From: Okamejei kenojei
Taxonomy: Eukaryota
NCBI GenBank assembly: GCA_035221665.1
Contig: CM069151.1
Span: 29,512,001-29,576,000, forward strand
Direction of reading: 5' to 3'
Length of the DNA stretch: 64,000 nt
This document shows, one piece after another, positions 1 through 11,458 of this stretch. Numbering within the stretch: the stretch's first letter is position 1; each line of letters starts with the position of its first letter. Under the pieces are notes generated by a model. It saw only the letters and a list, made by a program, of their open reading frames with translations, did no database searches and had not been told where the DNA came from. A program made the translations under genes and the position numbers.

Positions 1-125
1 ATATTGGGACATCTGATGACTGGAAGCTTGATGTACATTTAGCCTTTGATACTAAATGTAAATAAATAAAGCCACATGGCCACTTTAATTGTAACCTTTG
101 AATGAGAGCCAGCAGCATTTTAGTA

Positions 126-213
126 AGATAGACACAAAATGCTGGAGTAATTCAGTGGGACAGGCAGCATCTCTGGATAGAAGGAATAGGTGACATTTTG
201 GGTCGAGACCCTT
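126..213 (-). mobile_element. Penelope-like element terminal-repeat fragment
   Basis: agatagacacaaaatgctggagtaa...ggtcgagaccc is the reverse complement of the repeat that follows the GIY-YIG remnant at 46660-46760. Confidence 0.7.
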
Positions 214-570
214 CTATTATTATTTAGCTGCTTGCCAACTTGACCAGGTCCTTGTGTAGCACTCGTGTTCCTTCCCATCTCAGAGTCGAGAATTGTGATC
301 TCCAGAACATGCCTGTTACACCTGGCAAGGGTAGAGTGGAGTTCTGCATCCAACCTCTTGATCAATGTCTAGCAGGAATATTCATTCACGTTTGGTGGGA
401 GAGGTCCTCTTCTCTCATTTGGTGGGTTCTGAGAAGTTCTGAAATCCTACCTCAATTCTCCATCCATTGGTTGGTGAGAGTTAATTGCAGATCTGCTGAT
501 ATCGTAGCCAGTCGGCCACTTCACCACACTCAAGGGAATTAAGGTAGGATAATTGATCAACCTATCCAAT

Positions 571-858
571 ACAGTGGCACAGCGGTAGAGTTGCTGCCTT
601 ACAGCGTCAGAGACCAGGTTCGACCCTGACTACTGGTGCTGTCTGTACGGAGTTTATAGGTTCTCCCTGTGACCAATTTTCTCTGTGTGCTCCAGTTTCC
701 TCCCACACTCTAAAGACGTACAGATTTGTAGGTTAATTGGCTTTTGTAAACTGTCCATAGTGTGTAGGATAGAACTAATGTACGGGTGATCGCTGGTCGA
801 CATGGATTCAGTGAGTCTAAGGCCCTGTTTCCACGCGGTATCTCAAAACTAATCTAAA
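571..858 (+). mobile_element. tRNA-derived V-domain SINE (HE1-like)
   Basis: A-box-like gtggcacagcggtaga, B-box-like ggttcgaccc, central ttctccctgtgacc...ctcccacactctaaagacgta...taggttaattgg domain, LINE-like 3' tail. Confidence 0.85.
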
Positions 859-903
859 ACAATCCATCATAATCTACGCATTGCTGATCAAAATACAGAT
901 ACA

Positions 904-1058
904 ACATTTACAGGGCATTTGGAATCGGTACATGGATAGGAAAGGTTTAGGGATATGGGCCAAACATCAGCAGGTGGGACTAGTATAGATGGGGTATCTT
1001 GGTCGGCATGAGAAAGTTGGGCCAAAGGGACTGTTTCCGTCCTGTATGACTCTGACTA
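904..1058 (+). mobile_element. CR1-type LINE 3' end (shares its tail with the SINE family)
   Basis: atggataggaaaggtttag...ggtcggcatg...gggccaaagggactgtttcc...ctgtatgactct; the same 3' tail occurs at 27497-27602 and, on the minus strand, near 19655 and 50330. Confidence 0.7.
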
Positions 1059-2022
1059 TAAAGTACAGATACACCAGAATACGAAATACTATAGATCCTA
1101 GGCATCTGAAATAAAAACCGAACATTCTCTTCTCATCCACACCACTGGTCAGATCCTTAAAACTTTACACCTGCATCTTGCAAGCTTTTGTTTCATTAAA
1201 ATAGCCATGGAGGTATGTATTCTGTTCCTTTTCAAACGCCTTTTTGACAGGTTGTACTTGGCTCTGTTTATTATTTCACAATATATCTCCCCAGTAAGGC
1301 ATCTTTCTTTAAAAAAGGCCATGACCTTTATTGTATTATCTTCCACTGGGTGGTTTCACGGAGGCTTCTTCCAAAATTAGTTGTTCTTGGCATTATGTGT
1401 ATGTTTCAAACAAGCTACAGCAGAAGATAAATGTTTGGTTCATCTTCATTGGTCATGCTTTTGATTGTATAACACTGTCAAGTCTGATAAAATGCGCTTA
1501 GAGTGAAAATTGTAAATTAATTCATTTTTAAGACTAACTGATATGTTAGGGGCAGTGGGTTGTTTTTTGGCACATTCAAGCCTTGCAGTGAAATGTAGGT
1601 GAGAAACATATTGATTTATTGGGCACTATGGGGTTGAACCAATTTGCAAATCCTCTGCTATCTCAACATCTGAGACTTCGATCATTTTATTCTTAATCCC
1701 CATGCCTTTCTATGTCTTACCATCCATCATTCACTCCCATCTGAGGCTTTAATTTAAAATATCCTTGCTTTGTTCACAAGCTATGGAGTCAGCAGACATG
1801 GTCTGGTCATTGGTGTTGGTGGGGGCAGAGGGGGGGGGGAGGGGCGATGGTGGTGCATTGATTGTGTCACTCCTTCAAACTCCAGACCCCAAATGTTTGT
1901 GGGTTTCTTGTACACCTCTTGATGTGGAGTAACTAACGCAGATGGTTTTGTAGCAGTGGGTCTAAAATAGCCTCAAATTCATCCCCAGATTGCCAAGAAT
2001 GAGAAGTTACCTCCATCTCTAA

Positions 2023-3776
2023 AACCCCTGTCTCACGGTGCGAGCTGACCCACGAGGTACCTCGAGTTTAAAACAAATTTAACTCGTGGTAATCACGTAC
2101 AATTAACGTAGCGGGAATGTCGTAACTCGTGGACGCAACTTAGCGACTCGTGGCGCTAACGGCAGGTACCCGTGAAACTTGTTAACTCTTGAAAAAATTC
2201 AAACATGTTTAAAGTTTTCCACGAGGAAAATATACTGCTGAAGTTGAAACATTTAAAGTCGTTGTAAGAACGTAGTGGCCCTTGAGTTTACCTTAGTGAC
2301 TCGTGAGTCTACTTTGGGCACTCTTTAACTCAGTGGGCAGGCAGCATCTCTGGAGAGAAGGAATGGGTGACGGGATGACGTTTCTAATGAACCTCGCAAT
2401 GAAAGGACAATGGATTTCACCCTTGTACTTCAGCGTACTTGCTCAAAAGTTTACAGTCGAACTGAACTCAAAATATGGTTTGTATATCAAACATGCCTTT
2501 TACAAGCACTAACCAACCATTTACAGATGAAAGATCGTTAATTAGTTCCGTATTAGAGTGAAGTTCTTACCGATAGTAATAATTTTATGCGGAATAGTTT
2601 AAATCTACCGAGTAGCATTTTAGTTTACACCCACCGCCTCCATACTAATCCACATGCAGTTTCCTCCATACACCACCGGTTGTATCGTTATTTAGGTGTT
2701 TTGGTCTTTATTTCTATTTCCCTTTGTGAGAATTTTTTTTTCCTGATCATCTTCAGTAAATAGACATGCGGGCAGCTCTAATAATGTTCACATGTTACCT
2801 AATTGCTTTCCAAATATTGGAACGTGAAATTATATTTTATTTACCGTGTAAAGCTTCATTTCAGATCTTCACAATGCCAACCGCACTGAAGCCTTTCGGT
2901 GCTTGGACGCGGGCAGTTCACTGCTTCACTAGTCACTGCAGAAAATGACTATTTGTTTCCCAGATAAGGACGAGATGCAGAATGAGTTCGGATACACAGT
3001 GGGATATTGCTTCAAGTTGTATATGTGTGTTGGTGGAGCGAGATCTGGGTGCCCCGAAACTGCACTGGTTTGTTCCGCGACAAGCCGATTGTATCGCCTT
3101 CACCGTTTGTAACACCTTTTCCCACAGACACCTTTCAGAACAAGCTCAGAAACGGCATCTCTTTTGTCCGTTTTCAGGTGAGCCAACAATGTGGAGAGGT
3201 AGGGTTATGCGACTTTTGTCTGTAATGGATATTTGTCACCAAACCAGCCGAATTCCTGGAGACCAAACACCACTTATATAGCGCGTTCTACCTGTTTAGC
3301 TTAAAAATGACCCCATCCCCCACCCCCATCCCCACCAACCCTTGGAGAGAACAGCAAGGATTCTTTGTTCTTGTTCCGAATTGTGTAAGAGTTGAAGAAA
3401 AGTGCCTTTTTCCACGCGCGACTCAAGTGGTGACCTGATGTCTCTGGGAAAAGGAGAAGTTCAAAATGCAATAGATGCGGCCGCACTGAATTCTATCTTT
3501 AGCTCAAAGCTGCAGGATGGAGATGTCTTCTTTAACACTGTTGCAAATTAAAACAGACCTTCATTCACGATTGGCTCAAGAGTAACTTGGGAGAGGAACT
3601 TGGTAACTCGGGAGATGAACTTGGAACATTGCAGAAATGACAAGTAAACGGCAAACTTAGTCATACCCGTGGGAACTCAGTTAAACTCTGGATCATACAC
3701 TTGGAATCTCGTACATAACCACGAGTCTTTCACTCGGGGTACCTCGTGGGTCAGCGCGCACCGTGAGACAGGGCTT
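2023..3776. mobile_element. non-autonomous DNA transposon, PIF/Harbinger-like
   Basis: ~45 bp terminal inverted repeats (aacccctgtctcacggtgcgagctgacccacgaggtacctcgagt / actcggggtacctcgtgggtcagcgcgcaccgtgagacagggctt) flanked by TAA and TGA (a TWA-like 3-bp TSD with one mismatch); subterminal aactcgtgg-type repeats. Confidence 0.75.
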
Positions 3777-4062
3777 TGACTCTATAATATAACCTCTGCA
3801 ACTTCTTCAGCTCTTTGTTCCTATTCTAGCCCATGCTGTGCCTGAGGCCACCTTTACACACCCCACCATACCCTGCTCCCCATCTCACTCATATTCCCAT
3901 CCGCATTCTATCACCAGCTGCAATTTAAGCATCAAAGGATTCAGCCACATTTTGCACTTTGGAATAGACTTTGCAATTCCTTTGCCATGTGTTTTTTTTT
4001 TTTGTATATGAATTACTTGAAGGGATTTAGTAAGTTTTATACACAATTTTCTTAGAGTGGGT

Positions 4063-4490
4063 CATAGAAACATAGAAACATAGAAATTAGGTGCAGGAGT
4101 AGGCCATTCAGCCCTTCGAGCCTGCACCGCCATTCAATATGATCATGGCTGTTCATCCAACTCAGTATCCCGTACCTGCCTTCTCTCCATACCCTCTGAT
4201 CCCCTTAGCCACAAGGGCCACATCCAACTCACTCTTAAATATAGCCAATGAACTGGCCTCAACTACCCTCTGTGGCAGAGAGTTCCAGAGACTCACCACT
4301 CTCTGTGTGAAAAAAGTCTTTCTCATCTCGGTCTTAAAGGATTTCCCCCTTATCCTTAAGCTGTGACCCCTTGTCCTGGACTTCCCCAACATCGGGAACA
4401 ATCTTCCTGCATCTAGCCTGTCCAACCCCTTAAGAATTTTGTAAGTTTCTATAAGATCCCCTCTTAATCTCCTAAATTCCAGAGAGTATA
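4063..4490 (-). mobile_element. CR1-type LINE 3' fragment
   Basis: minus-strand ORF LFPMLGKSRTRGHSLRIRGKSFKTEMRKTFFTQRVVSLWNSLP (CR1 ORF2 C-terminus) plus (CATAGAAA)n tail. Confidence 0.9.
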
Positions 4491-4799
4491 TCTGGAAGTC
4501 CAGGGGTCCTGGGCTTTAAGCCACAAGGTAAACACACAAACCCATTTTCCAGGGAGAACACAGAAGCAACATCAAGAGTCTTCAAAGGGGTTTGCAAGTA
4601 AGACGAATGAATTGATTGCATTGGCATCTGCAGTCATTCAATTGGTTGTGCTTTTGCTTCTAAGAGGAAGGGGCAGGACAATGGAGGGCCTGGCATTGGT
4701 GGAACTGCCGTGAGGGCGGGGTAAATGAAGGGGAGAACAAAGGGGCACCTGGCGCGGGTATGCAAGCAAAGAATTTCACTGTGACGTGTCATATGTCTT

Positions 4800-5125
4800 C
4801 CTTCATTCATTCATTCAAGCCGGAGTCTTGAACACATACATTTATGCTGGAACCTCTGCGGGTGCCTCAGGAGGTCTGCTCTGAGGTGATAATTCAGATG
4901 AAACTCAAACATACGAGACCTTGCGTGGCCTCTTGATGGATGGAAGCGACGCCATTCTCAAAGAAAATGCGATTATATCTGGTGTCCTTGCCAATATTTA
5001 TGTCTGAGTCAACAATTGATTAATTTGTTGTATGCAAGCTGGCTGCCAAGATTCCATGCATTTCAAATTGACTCTGTTGGTTGTAAAGCATTTTGAGATA
5101 TTGTGAAAGGAATGTGGTACTGTAA
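4800..5125 (+). mobile_element. old Deu-domain SINE relic (SacSINE/AmnSINE-like)
   Basis: ggtgtccttgccaatatttat...gtcaacaa and ttggttgtaaagcattttgagatattgtgaaagg resemble the Deu domain and 3' tail as remembered; heavily diverged. Confidence 0.5.
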
Positions 5126-5554
5126 TCCCTATATCAATGCACTTCATCCTTCTAGCTTCTATGGTGCAAATTTCCAGCACATGTCTGATGTATTTTGTAA
5201 AATGTTTTGTCACTCTTCCATACCATTGATTTGAACTATATATTAACCAAAATCAAATCCTACTTGAATCAGGCAGCAAATGGATGATACTGGATTCCAA
5301 GGGCTGGCTTTCAGAAAGCTTGGAAGCCATTAAGACAGAAGTCAAGTTTTACTTATGAGAAAGATGTAGGAAGATAAATAAGGTGATCCAACTATGAGTA
5401 GTCTTATCAGTTGATCCTTTCTTTTTTTAAATGTTGTAATGTACAATATCTCAATTTTATCTGTATTCAGTGTACCTGAAAGACGGCAGAGGACACAAAG
5501 CAACATAATTTAAATTGTATCTTTCAGTGGCAATAGATATTTATTGATTGATTG

Positions 5555-5845
5555 AAAGATACAGCTTGGAAGCAGGCCCTTTGGCCCATCAAATCCATGC
5601 TGACCATTGATCATCCACTCACACTGGTTCGATGTTTTCCCATTTTCGCATTGAATCCCTACACACCAGGGGCACCTTATAGAGGCTGAAACCTTCACAT
5701 CTTTGTGATGTGGAAGGAAACCAGAGCACCCAGAGGAATGTCGCAGGGAAAACATGATAACTCCAGACTGACAGCACCTGAGGTCAGGATCGATCCTGGG
5801 TTTCTGGCGCTGTGAGGCAGCAACTCTACCAGTCGCCCCATTGTG
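5555..5845 (-). mobile_element. V-domain SINE
   Basis: reverse complement of the 571-858 family (ggcagcaactctacc, gtgggaggaaacc-like motif, gatacagc tail). Confidence 0.8.
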
Positions 5846-6024
5846 TCGTTCTCTATACCACTGCACCTTCCTCATAAAGAACAAGCAATGCAGGGCTGTG
5901 AAAACATTTTGTTCATTAGTTTTATAATTCCCGGTCTTCACTGAGAATCTGCTCCCTGTACAAACGAGAGTGTAACACTTATTGGTTTCCCCATATACTG
6001 AACAAATCTCACTATTTATTTTAG

Positions 6025-6103
6025 GTGCGAGTGTTCACTTTTTCAGTTGGTCAGCACAACTACGATAAAGGGCCGTTGCAATGGATGGCCTGCACTAATA
6101 AAG
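6025..6103 (+). CDS. CACNA2D1: alpha2-delta-1-like calcium channel subunit, internal exon (~exon 13, end of VWA domain)
   Basis: ttttag|GTG...AAAG|gtattt; translates [26 protein letters not shown](G), near-identical to alpha2-delta-1 [27 protein letters not shown]; 79 nt, phase 0->1. Confidence 0.95.
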
Positions 6104-6247
6104 GTATTTGTAACCTGACATTTTAGCAATAGTGTGTTTGGATAACAGTGATCTGTTTTTAATTGGTCACTGTTTAATAATTCCGATTCCAATTTGCACC
6201 AAAATGATTTTTGATACTGTTTAACATGTTTTTTTTTATAATTTCAG

Positions 6248-6297
6248 GGTACTTTTTTGAAATCCCTTCCATTGGAGCAATTCGTATAAACACACAG
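6248..6297 (+). CDS. CACNA2D1: alpha2-delta-1-like exon (~exon 14)
   Basis: tttcag|GG...CAG|gtagta; (G)YFFEIPSIGAIRINTQ; 50 nt, phase 1->0, continues the previous exon across a 144 nt intron. Confidence 0.95.
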
Positions 6298-7473
6298 GTA
6301 GTAATATTAAAGTGTAATTTACTACATCGAGCTTGCTTGCTACTTTGCCAAACATGCTTCAAGTTAAATTGTATTTTGTGCTGGAAATTCTCAGCAGGTC
6401 CAGGCAACATCTGTGGAGAGAAGCCCTTGATGACCTTTTGTGAAATGTCCTCCTGTTTCCTCCTCCACAGATGCTGCTTGTCCTGCAAACTATCTGCAGC
6501 ATTTCATGTTTTATGCCACATATCTTTTTGCGTATATATATTGTGTGTTTTTGCGTATATATATATATACAGGAGCAGAATTGGACAAAGAATCATTTGT
6601 TGGTAAATTATTTGGAAATTATTTGGTGTAGTGAAATTGTGTAGTGAGAATTTTCAATTATCTTTGGAATATCAAAAAATAGCAAAAACTGGCCAGAGCC
6701 AATAGTTTGCTTTTATTTTGTCGTCAAACATTTATCTATGCTCACCTCCTTCCATCTCTGTTAGTTATGAAGAATGATATTGCTTCAGACCAGAGTGAAT
6801 GTACGAGAATTCAGGCACACTGAGTGGACTGTGTGAACTTTCACCTCTGACCTCAGCCTCAATCTAGCTGGATTGGTGGTAGAAGACCCATTTACTGCTG
6901 TGGCTTGAGATTCTGAAATGCAGTATTTGGTAAATCTGAGCTAAATCCTTAAGTTAACGATCCTTCGGCTCATCAATGCACACTTGTTAGCATTTATAAT
7001 TATTTTGGAGGTCAATTATTTTGGAAAATAATATGTTGGAAGCTGCTTTGCCAAACGCTGCTCAAGAGGCCCAATTGATGAATTGGGATTCTTGGCTTTG
7101 TTTGTTCTTCTCAAAGCAAGGTCTCTGTGAGTGGAGAGAGGAGCCTGTATTTCATTTAGTCCCATGATGGGGGTTATTAATGGCATTGTTTAAAAATGGA
7201 ACATCTCCTGAACACCAAGAATGAATGGCCAGTCTGACCATGGGATCTAAAAGTGCCAGCCAGTTATAGTGTACTAGTGATGTGTTCCAGGCCTCTGTGT
7301 CTGCATACCGTGGAGCAGAAATATGGAATATACGGGAGATAGTGGTTCAATGAGTTGCTGAGCTGTGGCTGTTGATATACCATGTCCCACAGGATGTACC
7401 CAGACTGGTGTAGGCACTATATTCTCATCTTCCAAAGTCACTGACTTTGTCTAGAACATTTCAAGGTCTTGTC

Positions 7474-7606
7474 ATAAGGTTATAAGGAATAGGAGTAGAA
7501 TTATGCCATTCGGCCCATCAAGTCTACTCTGCCATTCAATCATGGCTGATCTACCTCCCTCTTAACCCCATTCTCTTGCCTTCTTCCCATAACCTCTGAC
7601 ACTTGT
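7474..7606 (-). mobile_element. CR1-type LINE 3' UTR fragment
   Basis: ataggagtagaatt...ccattcggcccatcaagtctactctgccattcaatcatggctgatct...ccttcttcccataacc. Confidence 0.75.
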
Positions 7607-10135
7607 CATGGGTTCTTCCTCCTGGAAGTTGTTGCTGGGGCCGTCTATCCTGGATTAAATTGTATTTTGTGCAATCCGTGCACTGTAAATGTACATTAAC
7701 CAGTCTTGTTCTTGCTTAATGCCAAAAGCAGTGCTCATGAAATCCAGCTGTACTTCGTGCCGGATGAAGGCCTCGTGCCATAGACTCAGTTCATTCAAGG
7801 CTGTAACAGTATGCACTGTAAACACTCTGAGAGAACCCAGTGTTTCAATGATCCATAGCACTTGTATAGTCACATATCACAATGGTTACAAGTGGATGTT
7901 ACATTTTTTTAATTATTCATCATTGATCAATGTCTCTGTACCCTTTCATCTTTATTTTCCCCGGTTAACCTTAACCTTCTGTTCCCTGTTTTTTAAAAAA
8001 CTTTCTCCCATTTGTCTAACAAATGAATGCAATAAAAGACACAATTTCCTGATCAGTTTTATTGCTCTCAGCCTGGTTTACAACCCCCAATAGTTTAACT
8101 TCAGCTAGCTATGCCTTGGAATCTAAATGCACTCCCAAATCTATTTCTAGCCGCTCCTAATGATCCTGAAATTCCCTTCACTATGTTGCTCTTTTCTCAT
8201 CATTCGTCCCTAGAATGTAAGGTCTGGGCTTGAACATATTACACACTAATAATCTTTCTTATAATATTTAGAATTTCCAACATCTATACTTTGAGCTTTG
8301 ATAAACCAGAATGTCTACTGGACCTCCGTCAACACTAAAACGTCGCAATTGTGCTTTTGATCCACTGGATAAAATAGTACGGAACAGCTAATGGTAGTGG
8401 TCCCTGGCATATACCTGGGATGCAATCCCTGAATAGAGACACAAAGTGCTGGAGTAGCTCAGTAGGTCAGGCAGCATCTCTGGGGAAAAGGAATAGTTGT
8501 CGATTTGGGTCGAGACCCTTCATCAGACTGAGAGACAGGGAGGGGGATCAATCCCTGATGGTTGCTCACTACTGAGAGTTCATTCCGCCTGGTCAGACAC
8601 CTTGGATGTAGGGACTTGGTTCATCTGATCCTGCACATCCAGAGAGACTGAATCTGAGCAGGCAGCCTTGGGTCAGTGAGTGCAGACACAGAGCCAAGTT
8701 CAGCGCCAACTGGCCTAATGAACAGAGGGTCAACTTTATTGAAGCAGGAAATTTAGTTCATGAATCACTGCAGTTTGAACAAGACATTTTGTTCAAGATA
8801 CAGATGAAAATGTTGGTACTTCTGAACTAAATCTGAGACTACTGAACTCCCTCAAGTCTCCAAAAATTCCCTGACCAAACCACAATTCAAGTTTCTGATT
8901 TCAAAGGAGCAGGTCGTTCTAAACACAGCTACATGCTGAATGGCAGAGCAATAAGCCATGCTGTAATCATCCTGTTATTCCGAATCCAGGAGGTATAGGA
9001 GTTAATATCAAAGAGATTCACTTGCTGCGTTCTTAGACCCCAGGGACGGACATTGTGCAGAGCCTTGACCAGACTCCATCTGTATTCAGTTTACCTCAGG
9101 ATGGTTATATATTGGCTGGAAAGGAATTGAAGCTTCTTGGATTACTGGCTGCAAAATTCTGGCTTGTAAACTGTGGAATGTCGATGTTTGAAGGATGATC
9201 CTCCCAAGGGATACGATGGATTAATGCAGGGAAATTATTTCTTGCGGGACAGTGCAGAACAAGTCAGGATATTCCCGAAATGAGGGCCTGGACATTCAAT
9301 GAGCATGTTTTCACACATAGAGGAAATCTGAAAATGTTTATGGTTGATAGATTCAATTGACGTTTGCATGATGGACATCAATAAGTTCTTGTTGAAGGGT
9401 TGGAAGCTCAAGTGTGCTTCAGGAGAGATTGCGCTGAATGCAAAACATGGTGTTGGGAGGTGGGGGGGAGGGAGGAGGGGTAGGACTTGTCTCCCTCTAA
9501 GATGGCTGCCTTACACATGGGAGAGCCTTTTGACGTTGTACTAATGACTATTATATGTATGATACTCCAAAAAACCTAAACTGTCTTTCTAGCCATAGGC
9601 TAGCTGTCGGGAGAATTACTCCTGGCATCCTCAAAGATGGAAGTTGACCAAAACGAGGGGCTCTCCCATGAGCGTATTTGGAGGGCCCTGCACGCTCTGA
9701 CATTTGGGTTCATGTGCCCCTGGGCTCTGTCACCTCCTTCCTGGCATCCTGCCAAGCTTCCATTGTCTCTCGGTCCCATTTTCTTGGATGAAGCAGACTA
9801 CAAGCTTTATTTAAAAGCAAGCCTCTTCACATAAACCAGAATTTTAATTAAAGGGTAGTAACGTGGCAATTTCCAACAACTAAAACCTCTGAGTAAAAAA
9901 AAAAATAGATTCCACTCGCATTCTTCACCATCTCTCAGCAAGAAGCTACATTGGTGCTTCTGATCAACCAAACAACGGTTTAAAAAACATGAATACACTG
10001 AGTGCTTTGTTTCCATAATGATTCACATTCAGAAAGTTGCACCAGAAAGCCAGAGTTATTTTTTGTGCGTTACATTGTCGAGAATTTCTGCCGACTGGTT
10101 TTGAGTGATACGTTATTCCATATTCATTTATTTAG

Positions 10136-10228
<93 letters not shown>

Positions 10229-10304
10229 TGATTTGAACACTTTACACTTGCACAATCTAGTAAATGTATTGCCATAGACATGCCATAATAATGGCCCACA
10301 TGTC

Positions 10305-10612
10305 AGTTTAGTTTAGAGATACTTCATGGAAACAGGCTCTTTGGCCCACCAATCGTTGCTCACCTGCGCACACTCATCTGTTATCCAATTTTTTTTTCCG
10401 ACTCCCTATGCACGTGGGACAATTTTAAACACAGGCCAATTAACCTACAAACCCACACCCGTCTTTGGGATGTGGGAGGAAACTGGAGCACACGGAGGAA
10501 ACTCACGCCATCACGGATAACGTACAAACTCCACGCAGACAGCCGCTGAGGTCAGCTTCAAACCTGGGTCCCTGGCGCTGTGAGGCAGCAGCTCTACCGG
10601 CTGCACCACCGT
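10305..10612 (-). mobile_element. V-domain SINE
   Basis: gtttagtttagagata tail, caattaacctacaaac, gtgggaggaaactggagcac, ggcagcagctctacc. Confidence 0.85.
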
Positions 10613-10826
10613 GCTGATCTTAGTGGCAAAGGTGCCAATACCCAGCATTTGCCATCAGTTCTCCAGGAAACAGTCAGCAACATTAGTAATTCTTTGAGCT
10701 GTGGACTTGCCCCTATTCATAGGCTGCCCTGATTGCAGCCTTCTCCCCTGCATTCAGGAGAAATCACCAGGACTGACATAAATGTAACTGATGTGAGTTA
10801 GCCTGAAAATAACTCGTTATTGTTTG

Positions 10827-11012
10827 AGGAAGGAACTGCAGATGCTGGTTTAAACCGAAAATAGTCACAATGCTGGAGTAACTCAGCGGGACAGGCAGCA
10901 TCTCTGGAGAGAAGGAATGGGTGACGTTTCGGGTCGGGACCCTTCTTCAGACTGATGTCAGGGGAATGCTGCATGTCCCACTGAGTTACTCCAGCACTTT
11001 GTGTCTATCTTC
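10827..11012. mobile_element. Penelope-derived inverted (palindromic) terminal-repeat element with hammerhead-like core on the - strand
   Basis: gctggagtaactcagcgggacaggcagcat ... atgctgcatgtcccactgagttactccagc inverted arms; the minus strand reads CTGAAGA-AGGGTCCCGACCC-GAAAC-GTC. Confidence 0.7.
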
Positions 11013-11161
11013 GTTATAGTTTGATTTGTGTTATAATATCAAAATTACTGTTAGTCCAAGAAAGAAAGTTTGACACATGATTATTGTCAAGGGTATTTCA
11101 CAAAGGTGGGGATTTCAAAATGTTTAAATTATGATATTTTGGTTTCATAAGTGTTCATCTA

Positions 11162-11458
11162 GTGGCACAGGGCGCAGCGGTAGAGTTGTTGCATTATAGC
11201 GCCAGGGACCCAGGTTCAATCCTGACAATGGGTGCCGTCTGTACTGAGTTTGTACGTTTCCCTGTGAGCTTGTGGGTTTTCTCCGGGTGCTCTTGTTTCC
11301 TTCTGTGCTCCAGAGACCTACAGATTTGTAGGTTAATTGGCTTCAATAAAATTGCAAATTGTCCTCGCGTGCAGTTTAGTTCCAGAGTAGAGGGTGATCA
11401 CTGGTCGGTGCGGTAGACCAAAGGGATTGTTCCTGTGCTCTGTCTCTAAAGTCTAAAA
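11162..11458 (+). mobile_element. V-domain SINE
   Basis: ggcgcagcggtagagttg, ggttcaatcc, tgtgggttttctccgggtgctc, taggttaattgg, ctctaaagtctaaa tail. Confidence 0.85.

Noticed and set aside
571-640. tRNA genes at SINE heads (A/B-box-like motifs here and at 11162, 33561 and elsewhere)
   Set aside because: They are tRNA-derived SINE heads continuing into the V-domain and LINE-like tail; no intact cloverleaf.
1149-1346. Basic 65 aa minus-strand ORF as a nested gene exon
   Set aside because: No recognisable homology, stops immediately upstream, and no convincing splice context.
2060-2310. Short repeated aactcgtgg motifs as a CRISPR-like array
   Set aside because: The repeats are ~9 bp, degenerate and irregularly spaced, lie inside a transposon end, and the DNA is vertebrate with no cas genes.
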